DNA of 64,000 nt from an uncultured Chthonomonadaceae bacterium (lineage in GTDB: Bacteria; Armatimonadota; Chthonomonadetes; Chthonomonadales; Chthonomonadaceae). Numbering within the stretch: position 1 is the stretch's first letter; each line of letters begins with the position of its first letter. The position numbers and the translations under genes were made by a program. The stretch is taken from assembly GCA_963835065.1 (NCBI GenBank), contig CAWIEK010000048.1, positions 64,001-128,000 on the forward strand, read 5' to 3'. Of the stretch, positions 49,791 through 59,556 are shown piece after piece. Below the pieces are notes generated by a model. That model searched no databases. It was given only the letters and a program-made list of their open reading frames with translations, and was not told the DNA's origin.

Positions 49791-51098
49791 ATGTGGCGTA
49801 TTGGGCTGCAGGCGATAGTGTTTTGCGTACCCATACTGTTGATGGGCGGCTTGCTGTGGGCGCAGGATTACGCGGAAGAACCAATCAATTATCTGAAGGC
49901 AACGCCTGCCGATGCGGTTGCCGGCCTGCAAACCAAAATTGACAGCGGCGAAGCGCAATTAAAATTCGACAGCAAGCACGGGTATTTGTTGTCTGTACTT
50001 CAGGCGCTGCACGTTCCTGTTTCGTCGCAAATGTTGGTGTTTTCCAAAACCAGTTTTCAGCGTGACCGCATTTCGCCGCAAACGCCCCGCGCCCTGTATT
50101 TCAATGACCGCGTGTATGTCGGGTGGGTGCAGGACGGCAATTATGTGGAAGTGTCCTCGGCAGACCCGCAATTGGGCGCAGTGTTTTACATTCTGAAACA
50201 GGAGCCGACCGACAAGCCAAAGTTCATGCGGCAAACGTATGAGTGCCTGCAATGCCATGACTCCAATCTGGCCGGGAGTGTGCCGGGGAATTTGATGCGC
50301 TCCGTTTACCCGGATCGGACGGGCAATCCGATATTTTCCGCAGGCAGTTATGTGACTTCGGATCAGAGTCCCCTGGGCGAGCGGTGGGGCGGCTGGTACG
50401 TGACGGGCAAGCATGGCGGGCAGTTCCACATGGGCAACATGGTGGCGCAGTCGGAAGCCGCGCCGCAGCAGACGGATTGGGCAAAGGGCGGCAACCTGAC
50501 GGATTTGAGCAAGGTGATCAACGTCACGCCGTATCTGAGCAAACACAGCGACATCGTAGCCCTGATGGTGGCCGAACATCAGACACAGGTACAAAACCGG
50601 ATTACCCGCGCCAATTACGGAACCCGGCAGGCGCTTGAATACGCGCGATTGCTCAATAAAGACCTGGGCCGAGCGCCGGAGTTCCTGTCCGACAGCGTGA
50701 AAAGCCGCATCAAAAGCGTGTGCGAGCCACTGGTAAAAGCCATGCTGTTCGCGGGCGAAACCCGGCTCACGGCTCCGGTTACGGGCACGTCGAATTATGC
50801 GGCGCAGTTTGCGGGTTTCGGGCCGTTTGACCGTCGGAAGCGCAGCCTGCGCGAGTTTGATCTGCAATCCCGCCTGTTCCGTTACCCGCTCAGTTATCAG
50901 GTGTATTCCGCCACGTTCGACGGCCTGCCCGAACAGGCGAAACAGTATGTCTACAGCCGCTTTGAGGAGATTCTGACCGGCAAAGACAGGGGTGAGGATT
51001 GGGCACGCCTTTCCGACGCGGACAAAACCGCTATGCTGGAAATCCTGCGCGACACCAAACCCGATTTTGCCGACTGGGAGGGAAGGCAGAAGAGATAA
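49791..51098 (+). CDS. Exported hypothetical protein with one CxxCH motif
   Basis: Signal-like N-terminus; SQMLVFSKTSFQ, CLQCH, ERWGGWYVTG. Confidence 0.75.
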   Translation: MWRIGLQAIVFCVPILLMGGLLWAQDYAEEPINYLKATPADAVAGLQTKIDSGEAQLKFDSKHGYLLSVLQALHVPVSSQMLVFSKTSFQRDRISPQTPRALYFNDRVYVGWVQDGNYVEVSSADPQLGAVFYILKQEPTDKPKFMRQTYECLQCHDSNLAGSVPGNLMRSVYPDRTGNPIFSAGSYVTSDQSPLGERWGGWYVTGKHGGQFHMGNMVAQSEAAPQQTDWAKGGNLTDLSKVINVTPYLSKHSDIVALMVAEHQTQVQNRITRANYGTRQALEYARLLNKDLGRAPEFLSDSVKSRIKSVCEPLVKAMLFAGETRLTAPVTGTSNYAAQFAGFGPFDRRKRSLREFDLQSRLFRYPLSYQVYSATFDGLPEQAKQYVYSRFEEILTGKDRGEDWARLSDADKTAMLEILRDTKPDFADWEGRQKR

Positions 51099-51252
51099 GA
51101 GATAATAGGCACAGAAATACATGGTCATCTCTTTTTGTCATCAGGCACTCTCTCAACCGGAGGGCGCGAATGTGGTAAAATGTCCGAAAGCCGCCTCCTG
51201 AATGGGCGCGCAATTTTCACTTTCCGCCCTTGTCATCCACCTTTCCGAACGC

Positions 51253-52251
51253 ATGACCCTTTGCACCGTCGCCATTCCTGTTTATAACCGCCAGCACATC
51301 ATCCGCGCCGCCATCGAATCGGCGCTGGCGCAGGATGTTGCCGATCTGGAAGTTTTGGTGGTGGACGATTGCTCTACGGACGGCGCGTGGGACGTGATTC
51401 GCAGTTACAGCGATCCACGCCTGCGCGCCGTCCGCAATGAAAGCAATCTCGGATTGTTCGGCAACATGAATCGCTGCCTTGATCTGGCAAGGGGCAAGTA
51501 CATTCGCATCCTGTGCGACGATGACCGCCTGCTTCCCGGCTGCCTGCGGCACGAAACCGAACTAATGGAAGCGCACCCCGAAGCCGCCCTGCTTGCCACG
51601 CGCATTTACATTGTCAACAAGGCCGGAGAGCGCGTGGGCATGTTCGGTGAGCATCTAAAGCCGGGGCTGTATCACGGCAAGGACGTGATTCCCGCCGCGC
51701 TGTGGGTGTTGTCGCACTACGGGCATACGCTGTTCGGTTATCCGTCCGGCGTCCTGATGCGCGCCGAATCCGTACAAAAAGCGGGGCATTTCGACACGGG
51801 CTTGAAGCAAATCGGGGATGTCGCTTACTTTTTGAAACTGGCGCAGCAGGGCGATCTGGCCGTCACCGACCATGCGGGCAGCGAGGTTCTCGACCACGCC
51901 GACGGAACCACGCAGCAGATGATTAAAAACGGCACGATCACGCAGGAGTGGGCGGGATTGGCGCGGCAGTGGCGCGACGCGGTTCCTTCCCGGCGCATGT
52001 ACAAACAAATTTTGGGGCAGACGGCGATGTACTCGCTATTTCTGGCGCAATCTTTCTGGCGGCACAAGCACCCGGAAGCGGCAAAACAATATTTTCGAGC
52101 AGCGCGTGACGCGCAGGTGTCGCCCCTGGCCCTGCCCGTCGAAGCCCTCCGCTTTCTGCGCATACGCCTCCCTTTAATGAAACGCAACGTTCGTATTCAG
52201 CCCTTGCAGCCGTATCAGCCATTCCCACAGGAAATGAAACAAGGGTTATGA
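51253..52251 (+). CDS. Glycosyltransferase family 2
   Basis: IPVYN, VVDDCSTD, CDDD. Confidence 0.93.
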   Translation: MTLCTVAIPVYNRQHIIRAAIESALAQDVADLEVLVVDDCSTDGAWDVIRSYSDPRLRAVRNESNLGLFGNMNRCLDLARGKYIRILCDDDRLLPGCLRHETELMEAHPEAALLATRIYIVNKAGERVGMFGEHLKPGLYHGKDVIPAALWVLSHYGHTLFGYPSGVLMRAESVQKAGHFDTGLKQIGDVAYFLKLAQQGDLAVTDHAGSEVLDHADGTTQQMIKNGTITQEWAGLARQWRDAVPSRRMYKQILGQTAMYSLFLAQSFWRHKHPEAAKQYFRAARDAQVSPLALPVEALRFLRIRLPLMKRNVRIQPLQPYQPFPQEMKQGL

Positions 52252-53162
52252 CCCACCCGCAAAAAGCCAATATATGCGCAATTGTCGTCACCTACCATCC
52301 CGACGAAGATTTGGCGGCGCGGGTTCAGAGCATTGCGGCGCAGGTTGGCGGCGTAGTGATTGTAGACAATGGTTCAGGAGAAGGGACGCAGGAGCGGCTT
52401 CGCGGCATGGCACTCTCCTGCGCCTATCATTACATTCTCAATGCGGATAATCGGGGAATTGCAGCCGCGCTGAATCAGGGCATTGCGTGGGCGCAGGCGC
52501 AAAATTATGCGTGGGCGTTGACATTTGATCAGGATTCCCGCGTTTCGGAAGGCTTTACGGCGCTTTTAAGCGAAATTTACGAGCAGTACCCCGACAAAGA
52601 ACATCTTGCCATCTTGGGAGCCAATTACACCCATGCGGGCCAAAACCTGAGCGGCTATCCCGCTTCCGATCTGACGTATGGCAGCGGGCCGGGCTGGTAT
52701 GAGGTGGTCATGGCGATCACGTCCGGCAGCCTGCTGTCGCTGTCGGCGTATACGCAGATCGGGCCGTTTGCGGATGCGCTGTTTATTGACCATGTGGACA
52801 CGGAATACTGCCTGCGCGCCCGCGCAAAAGGGTTTCATATCCTTGTCACGGCAGCGCCGCTGATGGAACATACGGTCGGACAATTGACGCCCCGAGGTTT
52901 TTTGGGGCGGCAGGTCTGGACGTTCAATTACTCGCCCCTGCGCTGGTACTACCGAACCCGCAACCACATCTATCTTTTGCGCCGGTATCTGCGTCAGGAA
53001 CCGCGCTGGCTCGGCAGGACAATCAATGACCTGCTGCGGGGATGGATTAAATTAGTTTTGTTTGAACCGCAGCGACTGCGCAAAGTGGCTGCCGTCCTGC
53101 GCGGGGTGGCGCATGGATTGTTTTTCAAGATTGTTTGCAGGCAGGAACGCGCAGAACCATGA
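52248..53162 (+). CDS. Glycosyltransferase family 2, rhamnosyltransferase-like
   Basis: VDNGS, NRGIAAALNQG, FDQDS, ITSGSL, LFIDHVDTEYCLR, YYRTRN. Confidence 0.9.
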   Translation: MTHPQKANICAIVVTYHPDEDLAARVQSIAAQVGGVVIVDNGSGEGTQERLRGMALSCAYHYILNADNRGIAAALNQGIAWAQAQNYAWALTFDQDSRVSEGFTALLSEIYEQYPDKEHLAILGANYTHAGQNLSGYPASDLTYGSGPGWYEVVMAITSGSLLSLSAYTQIGPFADALFIDHVDTEYCLRARAKGFHILVTAAPLMEHTVGQLTPRGFLGRQVWTFNYSPLRWYYRTRNHIYLLRRYLRQEPRWLGRTINDLLRGWIKLVLFEPQRLRKVAAVLRGVAHGLFFKIVCRQERAEP

Positions 53163-54770
53163 CACCCTTGTTACGCAGCCCCGGTTTGGACACGCAGGCA
53201 AATCCTTCCCAAGCTCTGACGACGGAGGGGCGGCAAGCCCTTCTTTTACGGGCGATTCCCCTGCTGATTTTTGCCGTCCTCGCCATCTGCGTTTTTAGGT
53301 ATGCCGTTCCCATTCCCATTTTGGATCAGTGGGCGCTGCTTCCCCTGCTGGAAAAGTCGTATCAGCATCCATTGACATGGGGTGATTTTTGGGCGCAGCA
53401 TAACGAGCATCGGCTTGTGTTTCCTCGCCTGATTATGCTGCTTTGCGCGCGCCTGAGCGGTTGGGATTTGCGGTGGGAACTGGCGGTCAATTTGCTGTTG
53501 GGCGTGGGCATTTACGCCGCACTTAGTCTACCAATTGCGCCAAACCGAAGCCGCGCGAAATGAAATTACGCAAGACGGAATTGCGCAAACCCAAGCCCCG
53601 GAAAGCCATGCCGCGCAGCACGGAGCCGCGCAAAACGGAACTTTACCAACCGGAATCGAGGATACTCAAACCACGCCAAACACAAATATGTTTCGGTGGC
53701 TGAACCCGGTTGTGGCGCTGATTGTGTTCTCGTTCCGACAATGCGAGAACTGGTGTTGGGGCTGGCAGTTGCAGATATTCCTCAACGTGCTGGCCGTCGT
53801 TGTCGGTACAGTTGCGCTTACGGGGCGTCCCTTTAGCCTGCCGCGCCTCATGTTGGGCATGGCGTGTGGAATAGTCGCCACGTATTCCTTTGCCAACGGT
53901 ATGTTGTTCTGGATTGTGGGCGGGCTGGCATTGCTGTGCCTGCCCCGAACCAAACGCAAACCCTTTTATCTGACGGCGTGGAGTATTGTGGGCGGGCTGA
54001 CAATCGCCTCGTACCGCTACCACTACAGCGACAGTCCGGTTGCGCGCGAGTCCTTTGTTTACGCGCTGCATCATCCGGTCGCGTTCGGCCTGTACGTGGT
54101 CAGTTATCTTGGCGGATTGTTGAGCGTCGGCAATCTGGAAGCCCATCCGATGCTGGGGATGCTGGTACTCGCGGCTCCCGCTGGTCTGTTCGGACTTGGC
54201 GCAATCGCGTGGGCGATGTGGAGATTGCGCGCGCAAAACACGCCCCTGACGCTCCTGCTGCCGTATTACATTCTGCTGGCTTACGTGTTTCTCAGCGCCA
54301 TTGTCAGCGCGGCGGGGCGTATCAGCATGGGATTGCCCCAATCGCTGGCCTCCCGCTATACGACCATTTCTCAGTTGTTTTGGGTGTGCGCGCTGACGCT
54401 CGTATTTCTCGCCGCGCAGGGCAGAAAAACTCAGGCAGGAAGTAAGGAATATGGGAATAGAAGTGAGAAATATGGGAATACAGGAATATACGGGGCTTTG
54501 TCCGACGAGGGAGAAAGCAAAGCAGAAGCGTTGTTGGCGGCAACACAGGCTGCTCACGGCAAAGAATTGCTGATTGTAAGCGCTTTGGTGTTCGCGTTGT
54601 TTTCCGCCATCAATCTGCCCCGCGTACCGCGCCATCACCACGCCATACAAACGGCGCTGGAACAAATGGACGCTAACCCGGCAAAGGCAGACCCGATATT
54701 TCCGAATTACTGGTGGCTCAAACAGCAGCAGGCTACGCTGAAACGCCTTCATTTGAACATTTACCGATGA
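53159..54770 (+). CDS. Multi-pass membrane protein, GT-C-like (frameshift near 53530)
   Basis: PILDQW, WAQHNEHRLVFPRLI, then WGWQLQIF, GR...ASRYTT in the next frame. Confidence 0.75.
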
Positions 54771-55729
54771 ACACATTCCCGCCAACGCAGACGGGCGCGG
54801 CGCGCTCAGGCGCAAGCACACCCAATATGCCGTATCCGCTGGTACATATCATCGTGATTACGTATAATGGCAGGCATCATCTGGAAAAGTGCCTGCCTTC
54901 CCTGCTGCGTACCACCTATCCTAACGTTCACATCGCGCTGCTGGACAACGCTTCTTCGGACGGCTCGGCGGAATATGTAGCGGCGCAGTTTCCAAGCGTG
55001 GAAATCGCGCGGCATCCGGTAAATTACGGCTTCGCTAAAGGCAACAATTTGTTGATGGAGCGGGCGTTGCGGGCGGGCGCGGATTACGTACTGTTACTGA
55101 ACGACGATACGATTATTTTGGACCCCGCGTGGCTGACTCAAGCGGTTACGGTGGCGGAACAATCTTCTCACATCGGCATGGTCGGCTTCGATTTGACAAC
55201 AGACACCGAAAAGCCCCTGCCGGACGCGCTGGAAGTTTCCGACGCCAAAACCCTGCTTGGCTGCGCCCTGCTGATGAAGCGCCGCCTTCTGGAAGATGTC
55301 GGATTGTTTGACGAAACGTATTTTGCCTACTTTGAAGAAACCGATCTGGAAGCGCGGGCGGTTCGGGCGGGCTATGCGCTGAAAGAACTGAACATCCCCC
55401 TGTACCATGCCGGGGGCGGAAGTTTCGGGCGTATGCCGTTCAAGTTCGCCTACCTGTATCTGCGCAATGTGGTACGCTATTCCATCAAAAACGAAGACCT
55501 GACCCGCGCTCTGCTGCGCCCCCTGCTGATTTGGGATGTGGCGTACAATCCTTTCCCGCTCCAGAAGGGCGCAGAAAAAGCGCAATTGCGCCGCCGCCTG
55601 CATACGGGCAGTTTCCTCACCAATTATGCGGCTTTTTTTGCCGCTTTATTGTGGAACGCTGTGGCTCTGCCCCATACGCTGCTGTGGCGCGTTCGGCACA
55701 ATCGGCGGGCGCTTCGCGCGCATTTATGA
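54767..55729 (+). CDS. Glycosyltransferase family 2
   Basis: DNASSDGS, NYGFAKGNN, LLNDD, FAYFEETD. Confidence 0.93.
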   Translation: MNTFPPTQTGAARSGASTPNMPYPLVHIIVITYNGRHHLEKCLPSLLRTTYPNVHIALLDNASSDGSAEYVAAQFPSVEIARHPVNYGFAKGNNLLMERALRAGADYVLLLNDDTIILDPAWLTQAVTVAEQSSHIGMVGFDLTTDTEKPLPDALEVSDAKTLLGCALLMKRRLLEDVGLFDETYFAYFEETDLEARAVRAGYALKELNIPLYHAGGGSFGRMPFKFAYLYLRNVVRYSIKNEDLTRALLRPLLIWDVAYNPFPLQKGAEKAQLRRRLHTGSFLTNYAAFFAALLWNAVALPHTLLWRVRHNRRALRAHL

Positions 55730-55799
55730 GAGCATAAGCGTGAACGCCGCCGCGCATCGCGTTTCCGGCGTGTCTGTATTTGACGCACATTCTGGTACA

Positions 55800-57179
55800 A
55801 TGGGATTGATTATGGCAACCATCCCCGACAACAACACGCTCTGGCTGCTGACCCTCGTCAACATGGCGCTGCTTGTCGCGTATGTGACGCGGCATTGCGT
55901 TACCCGGCGCGGCATTGAATTCAATCATATCACCACCATCAGCCTGGGTTATTTCATGTACTGGATACTGCCGTTTTTGATCGGTCTGCTGCGGCTGTTC
56001 AGCGACAATCCCGTGTGCCATGTCTGGTACACGTTCTATGACAGCGTTCCGTTCAGTACCAAAGTGCTGTATCTGTGGTTCTGCCTGTTCACTTACGGCG
56101 CGTTTATTCTGGGAACCGAGTTGTGTACGCGCATGGAGGCCGGGCTTCCCAAACCTGTTTACCGCGCTATCAATTTTCCCTTTGTGTATCTCAAGGCACA
56201 ATTGCTGCTGTGTATGCTGCTCGTCTGCTACACCACGTACCTGGTGCGTCAGGACCTTTTTCACGGCTATACCACGATTGGCGGCGATGGCGACGTGCGC
56301 CGCTCCGTCTTTATCTCCTCAAGCGGCCTGCTGGAAGCCCTCGCGTTTCTGTACTGCATGAAGTGGGAGGAGCGGCTGCGGACGCAGGCGGGAATTGAAA
56401 AACCTACGTTCGGGCAGGTGATTTTCAATCGCGCCATGATCGCTTACGGCATTATTTCCGTGCTCGTGGTTTCCACCGGCCACCGCCTGAGCGCGTTGTC
56501 GAGCATCCTGATGCTGCTGATTTACTGCACCGTGTACTTTAAGCGCATCCGCTTTCGCGCCACGCTGCTTGTCGTCGGCGCGTCGCTTGGGGCAATGGGC
56601 GCGGTGGGACTGGCGCGCGGTTCCAACGCCCTCAGCACGGACGGCGTCCTGTTTCAACTGATTATGGAGCCGGTGGGAGCCAGTCAAACCCTGCTGGCCT
56701 TCCTGAAAGCCGGGCGGCTGGAACTGCTGAATTATCCGATGTACCTGATCAACGGCTTCTTCAACCTGATTCCGCGCCCCCTGTTTCCCGACAAAGCCAC
56801 CCTGCTGATCAAGCCGGCGTCTCAGGGGTACGTGATTTACGCGCCGGGTGGCAGTTTCCATAACTTTGTTCAATGTTGTATCAACTTCGGGCTGATCGGC
56901 ACGGTGGGCGTTTGGTTTCTGCTCGGCTACGGCATGCAGAAACTGAAACTGGCCGATAAATCCATGCTGCACCGCACGTCGTACATTATGATTTCAGGTT
57001 TTCTGCTGACGACATTTTTCCGGGATGATTTCTCCGGCTCGATTGTGAAAGCGATTGTGCAAATATCCATTTTGATTCCGATGTTTACCGCTATTTCCGC
57101 CAACGTGCTGCGCAACTACATGTACCCCCCCGCTCCTGTCAGCCTGCCTGTGGCCGCGCCGGAAGGACAAGCGAATTGA
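55800..57179 (+). CDS. Wzy-like polysaccharide polymerase
   Basis: About 10 or more TM helices, TGHR, IPRPLFPDK, INFGLIG; located among glycosyltransferases. Confidence 0.75.
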   Translation: MGLIMATIPDNNTLWLLTLVNMALLVAYVTRHCVTRRGIEFNHITTISLGYFMYWILPFLIGLLRLFSDNPVCHVWYTFYDSVPFSTKVLYLWFCLFTYGAFILGTELCTRMEAGLPKPVYRAINFPFVYLKAQLLLCMLLVCYTTYLVRQDLFHGYTTIGGDGDVRRSVFISSSGLLEALAFLYCMKWEERLRTQAGIEKPTFGQVIFNRAMIAYGIISVLVVSTGHRLSALSSILMLLIYCTVYFKRIRFRATLLVVGASLGAMGAVGLARGSNALSTDGVLFQLIMEPVGASQTLLAFLKAGRLELLNYPMYLINGFFNLIPRPLFPDKATLLIKPASQGYVIYAPGGSFHNFVQCCINFGLIGTVGVWFLLGYGMQKLKLADKSMLHRTSYIMISGFLLTTFFRDDFSGSIVKAIVQISILIPMFTAISANVLRNYMYPPAPVSLPVAAPEGQAN

Positions 57180-58525
57180 TGTCGGGGCCGCGAACCGCCG
57201 CTTATCTTCGCGCCCATCCTGTGTGGTTCGTGTTTGGGCTTGCCTTGCTGCTGCGCCTGGCCGCGCTGATTTATGCGGATACGCGGGGCGGCAGCCTGCA
57301 GCACGGTTTTTTCACGTATGCGGGGTCGGAATACGTCAGCATGGCGCAGGGCTTGCTGACGCGGGGCGATTTTACGCTGGAGTTTTTATGGGGCCACGCC
57401 ATGCCGTCCGCGTATCAGCCGCCCCTGTATCCGTTATTTCTGGCGCTTGTGTTTCACTTGCGCGGGCTGCCGTTTCCCGCCGCGCTGACGGATGCGCCGT
57501 CTCTCATCGGCGTTCAAGTGGTGAATTGTCTGGCCGGAGGCGCGTGGTGCGCGATGCTTTACGCGCTTGGAAAGCGTTTGTTCGGCTCGCGTATCGGCCT
57601 GATTGCCGCCCTGCTCGGCGCGATATATCCCGCGCTCGTTTATTCCGTCGTGGAAGTGCATCCGTCCAATTTTTTCCTGCTGCTGCTGCTCCTGTTTCTA
57701 AACGCGGCCTGCGCGATTATCGCAGAAAGAACGAACGAGACAATTCATGGAACGCGCGCAAAAACAACACTGGTTTTAGGAATTACGGGAGGGCTGCTGG
57801 CGCTGACGCGCTCCGAGTGCCTGCCCCTGTGCCTGCTGCTGCTGGCCGGAATTGCCGCGCAGAATTCCAAACAGCGCAGGAGCATGGCGCTGGCAATGCT
57901 GGTTTGCGGCGTGGCGTATGCGCCCTGGCTGATCCGCAATTACCGTGATTTTGGCGCCCTAGTGCTTACCAATACGAGCGGGGCCAATCTGTTTCGCGGA
58001 CAAGGACCGCTTGCCAATGGCGGAACCTATCGCGCCGACGGCACGGAAATTTGGCCCGCGTCCGATTTTCTGGCGCGGCGCAAAACGCTGCCCCTGACGC
58101 CGGAATGGGAACTGCGTCAGGACGCGCTGCTGCGGCGCGACACAATGGCCTACATCCGGCAGCATCCCCTGCGCCCCATACTGCTGATACCAAACAAGCT
58201 GTTTTTGTTTCTGGTTCGGGACAGCAACCATCCGAAAGGCCGCTCGGCGCTGGTGTGGGTTCCCGGCCTGCTGCTGCTGTTGTGCGCCCTTCGCGGCTTC
58301 TGGATAACGCGGGCGCAAGCAGGCCGCTATTGGCCTCTGGTTGCTGTGCCAATCTTTTACGCGCTGATCGTACTCGTGTTTTTCAGCCTGCCGCGCTACC
58401 GCATGATGATTGATCCTGTCCTGATGATTCCCGCCGCGTGTGGGCTATGTCCCACCGGCATCCGCGCGGTTTCCAAAGGCTTGCGGCCAACAAATGGATA
58501 CTCCAATTCAGCCATCGCGGGCTGA
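57179..58525 (+). CDS. ArnT/PMT-like (GT-C) glycosyltransferase
   Basis: SAYQPPLYPLFLA, ALTRSE, PWLIRNY, PRYR. Confidence 0.85.
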   Translation: MSGPRTAAYLRAHPVWFVFGLALLLRLAALIYADTRGGSLQHGFFTYAGSEYVSMAQGLLTRGDFTLEFLWGHAMPSAYQPPLYPLFLALVFHLRGLPFPAALTDAPSLIGVQVVNCLAGGAWCAMLYALGKRLFGSRIGLIAALLGAIYPALVYSVVEVHPSNFFLLLLLLFLNAACAIIAERTNETIHGTRAKTTLVLGITGGLLALTRSECLPLCLLLLAGIAAQNSKQRRSMALAMLVCGVAYAPWLIRNYRDFGALVLTNTSGANLFRGQGPLANGGTYRADGTEIWPASDFLARRKTLPLTPEWELRQDALLRRDTMAYIRQHPLRPILLIPNKLFLFLVRDSNHPKGRSALVWVPGLLLLLCALRGFWITRAQAGRYWPLVAVPIFYALIVLVFFSLPRYRMMIDPVLMIPAACGLCPTGIRAVSKGLRPTNGYSNSAIAG

Positions 58526-58542
58526 TACATAAGGAAGAACGT

Positions 58543-59382
58543 ATGCGCAGAACAAGTTGGGGGCTGCTGTGCCTCGTGTTAAGCATTTTGAGCAGCCTGT
58601 TGGGAAAGCCCCTCGCGGCTCAGGTCACTGCGGGGCCACCGGCGCAGTACGTTCCCACCGATCCTTTTTTGGGCAAGAACCAATACCCGCAGTACCGCAA
58701 CCTTTCCGGGTTGGCGGGCGGCGGCTACGGCACGGACGCGCAGGGGCGTCGCTCGGAATCCGGGCCGACCGCGTTTTCCACGCCCACCGCTTACGTTCTC
58801 GGACACGATTCCTTTTTCTTTGCGGATGGCGGGGCGAACTTCCGGGGCGCGCTGTCCCTGGACGAGCGGCGCTTGAATGGCACGGTTGTAGGCACGTATG
58901 GGCATACGTTCGGGCAGTTCAACATCGCGTTCACGGACTTTATTAAGAGCTACGCCCTGGATCAAGTGTACAATCTGCAAATCGGCCTGATACCCGTTCA
59001 CAAAAACCGTTTGGGATTTTCCATTGGCGTTCAGGACGGGCAGGGACGGGGCGGTTCGGCGGGCGCGGGACAGCCCACAGATCGCAACTCTTCCCAATCC
59101 ATCTTCGGCGTGTTCACTTATCCCGTAGATGTGGGCAGTATCCACCCCCTGTTTGTCAGCGCCGGGCTGGGTACGCATCGCTTCGGCAACGGTTTCGGTT
59201 CGGCAAGCTACTGGGTCGGCGGGCCGTTGCGCACATATCTGGAATACGATGGCTTCGGCTTCAATGAGGGCATTCTGCTTTACCAAAAAGTTGGCAGGGG
59301 ACGCGGCTCTTTCGATGTGAACGGCAATGTCGGCCTGTTGCGCGGCAAATTTTTGGCGTTTTCCCTGGGCGTCGGATTTTAA
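58543..59382 (+). CDS. Exported protein, probable outer-membrane beta-barrel
   Basis: Signal peptide, alternating beta-strand pattern, C-terminal FSLGVGF. Confidence 0.6.
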   Translation: MRRTSWGLLCLVLSILSSLLGKPLAAQVTAGPPAQYVPTDPFLGKNQYPQYRNLSGLAGGGYGTDAQGRRSESGPTAFSTPTAYVLGHDSFFFADGGANFRGALSLDERRLNGTVVGTYGHTFGQFNIAFTDFIKSYALDQVYNLQIGLIPVHKNRLGFSIGVQDGQGRGGSAGAGQPTDRNSSQSIFGVFTYPVDVGSIHPLFVSAGLGTHRFGNGFGSASYWVGGPLRTYLEYDGFGFNEGILLYQKVGRGRGSFDVNGNVGLLRGKFLAFSLGVGF

Positions 59383-59392
59383 TGGAGATTGT

Positions 59393-59545
59393 AACTCTTC
59401 ACCACCAAGGCGCTAAGAACACCAAGAAGAACGAGAAGAAAGACGTTGTGAAATTACAGGAGAGAACGAAAACGTTTTCGGTTCTGTGCCTTTTTAGTTG
59501 CCTGTCTTAATCTTGGTGTTCTTGGCGTCTTGGTGGTGAAGAGTT
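59393..59545. repeat. Long palindromic element (CACCAAG-type)
   Basis: aactcttcaccaccaaggcgctaagaacaccaaga pairs with tcttggtgttcttggcgtcttggtggtgaagagtt. Confidence 0.88.
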
Positions 59546-59556
59546 ATTGGAGATTT

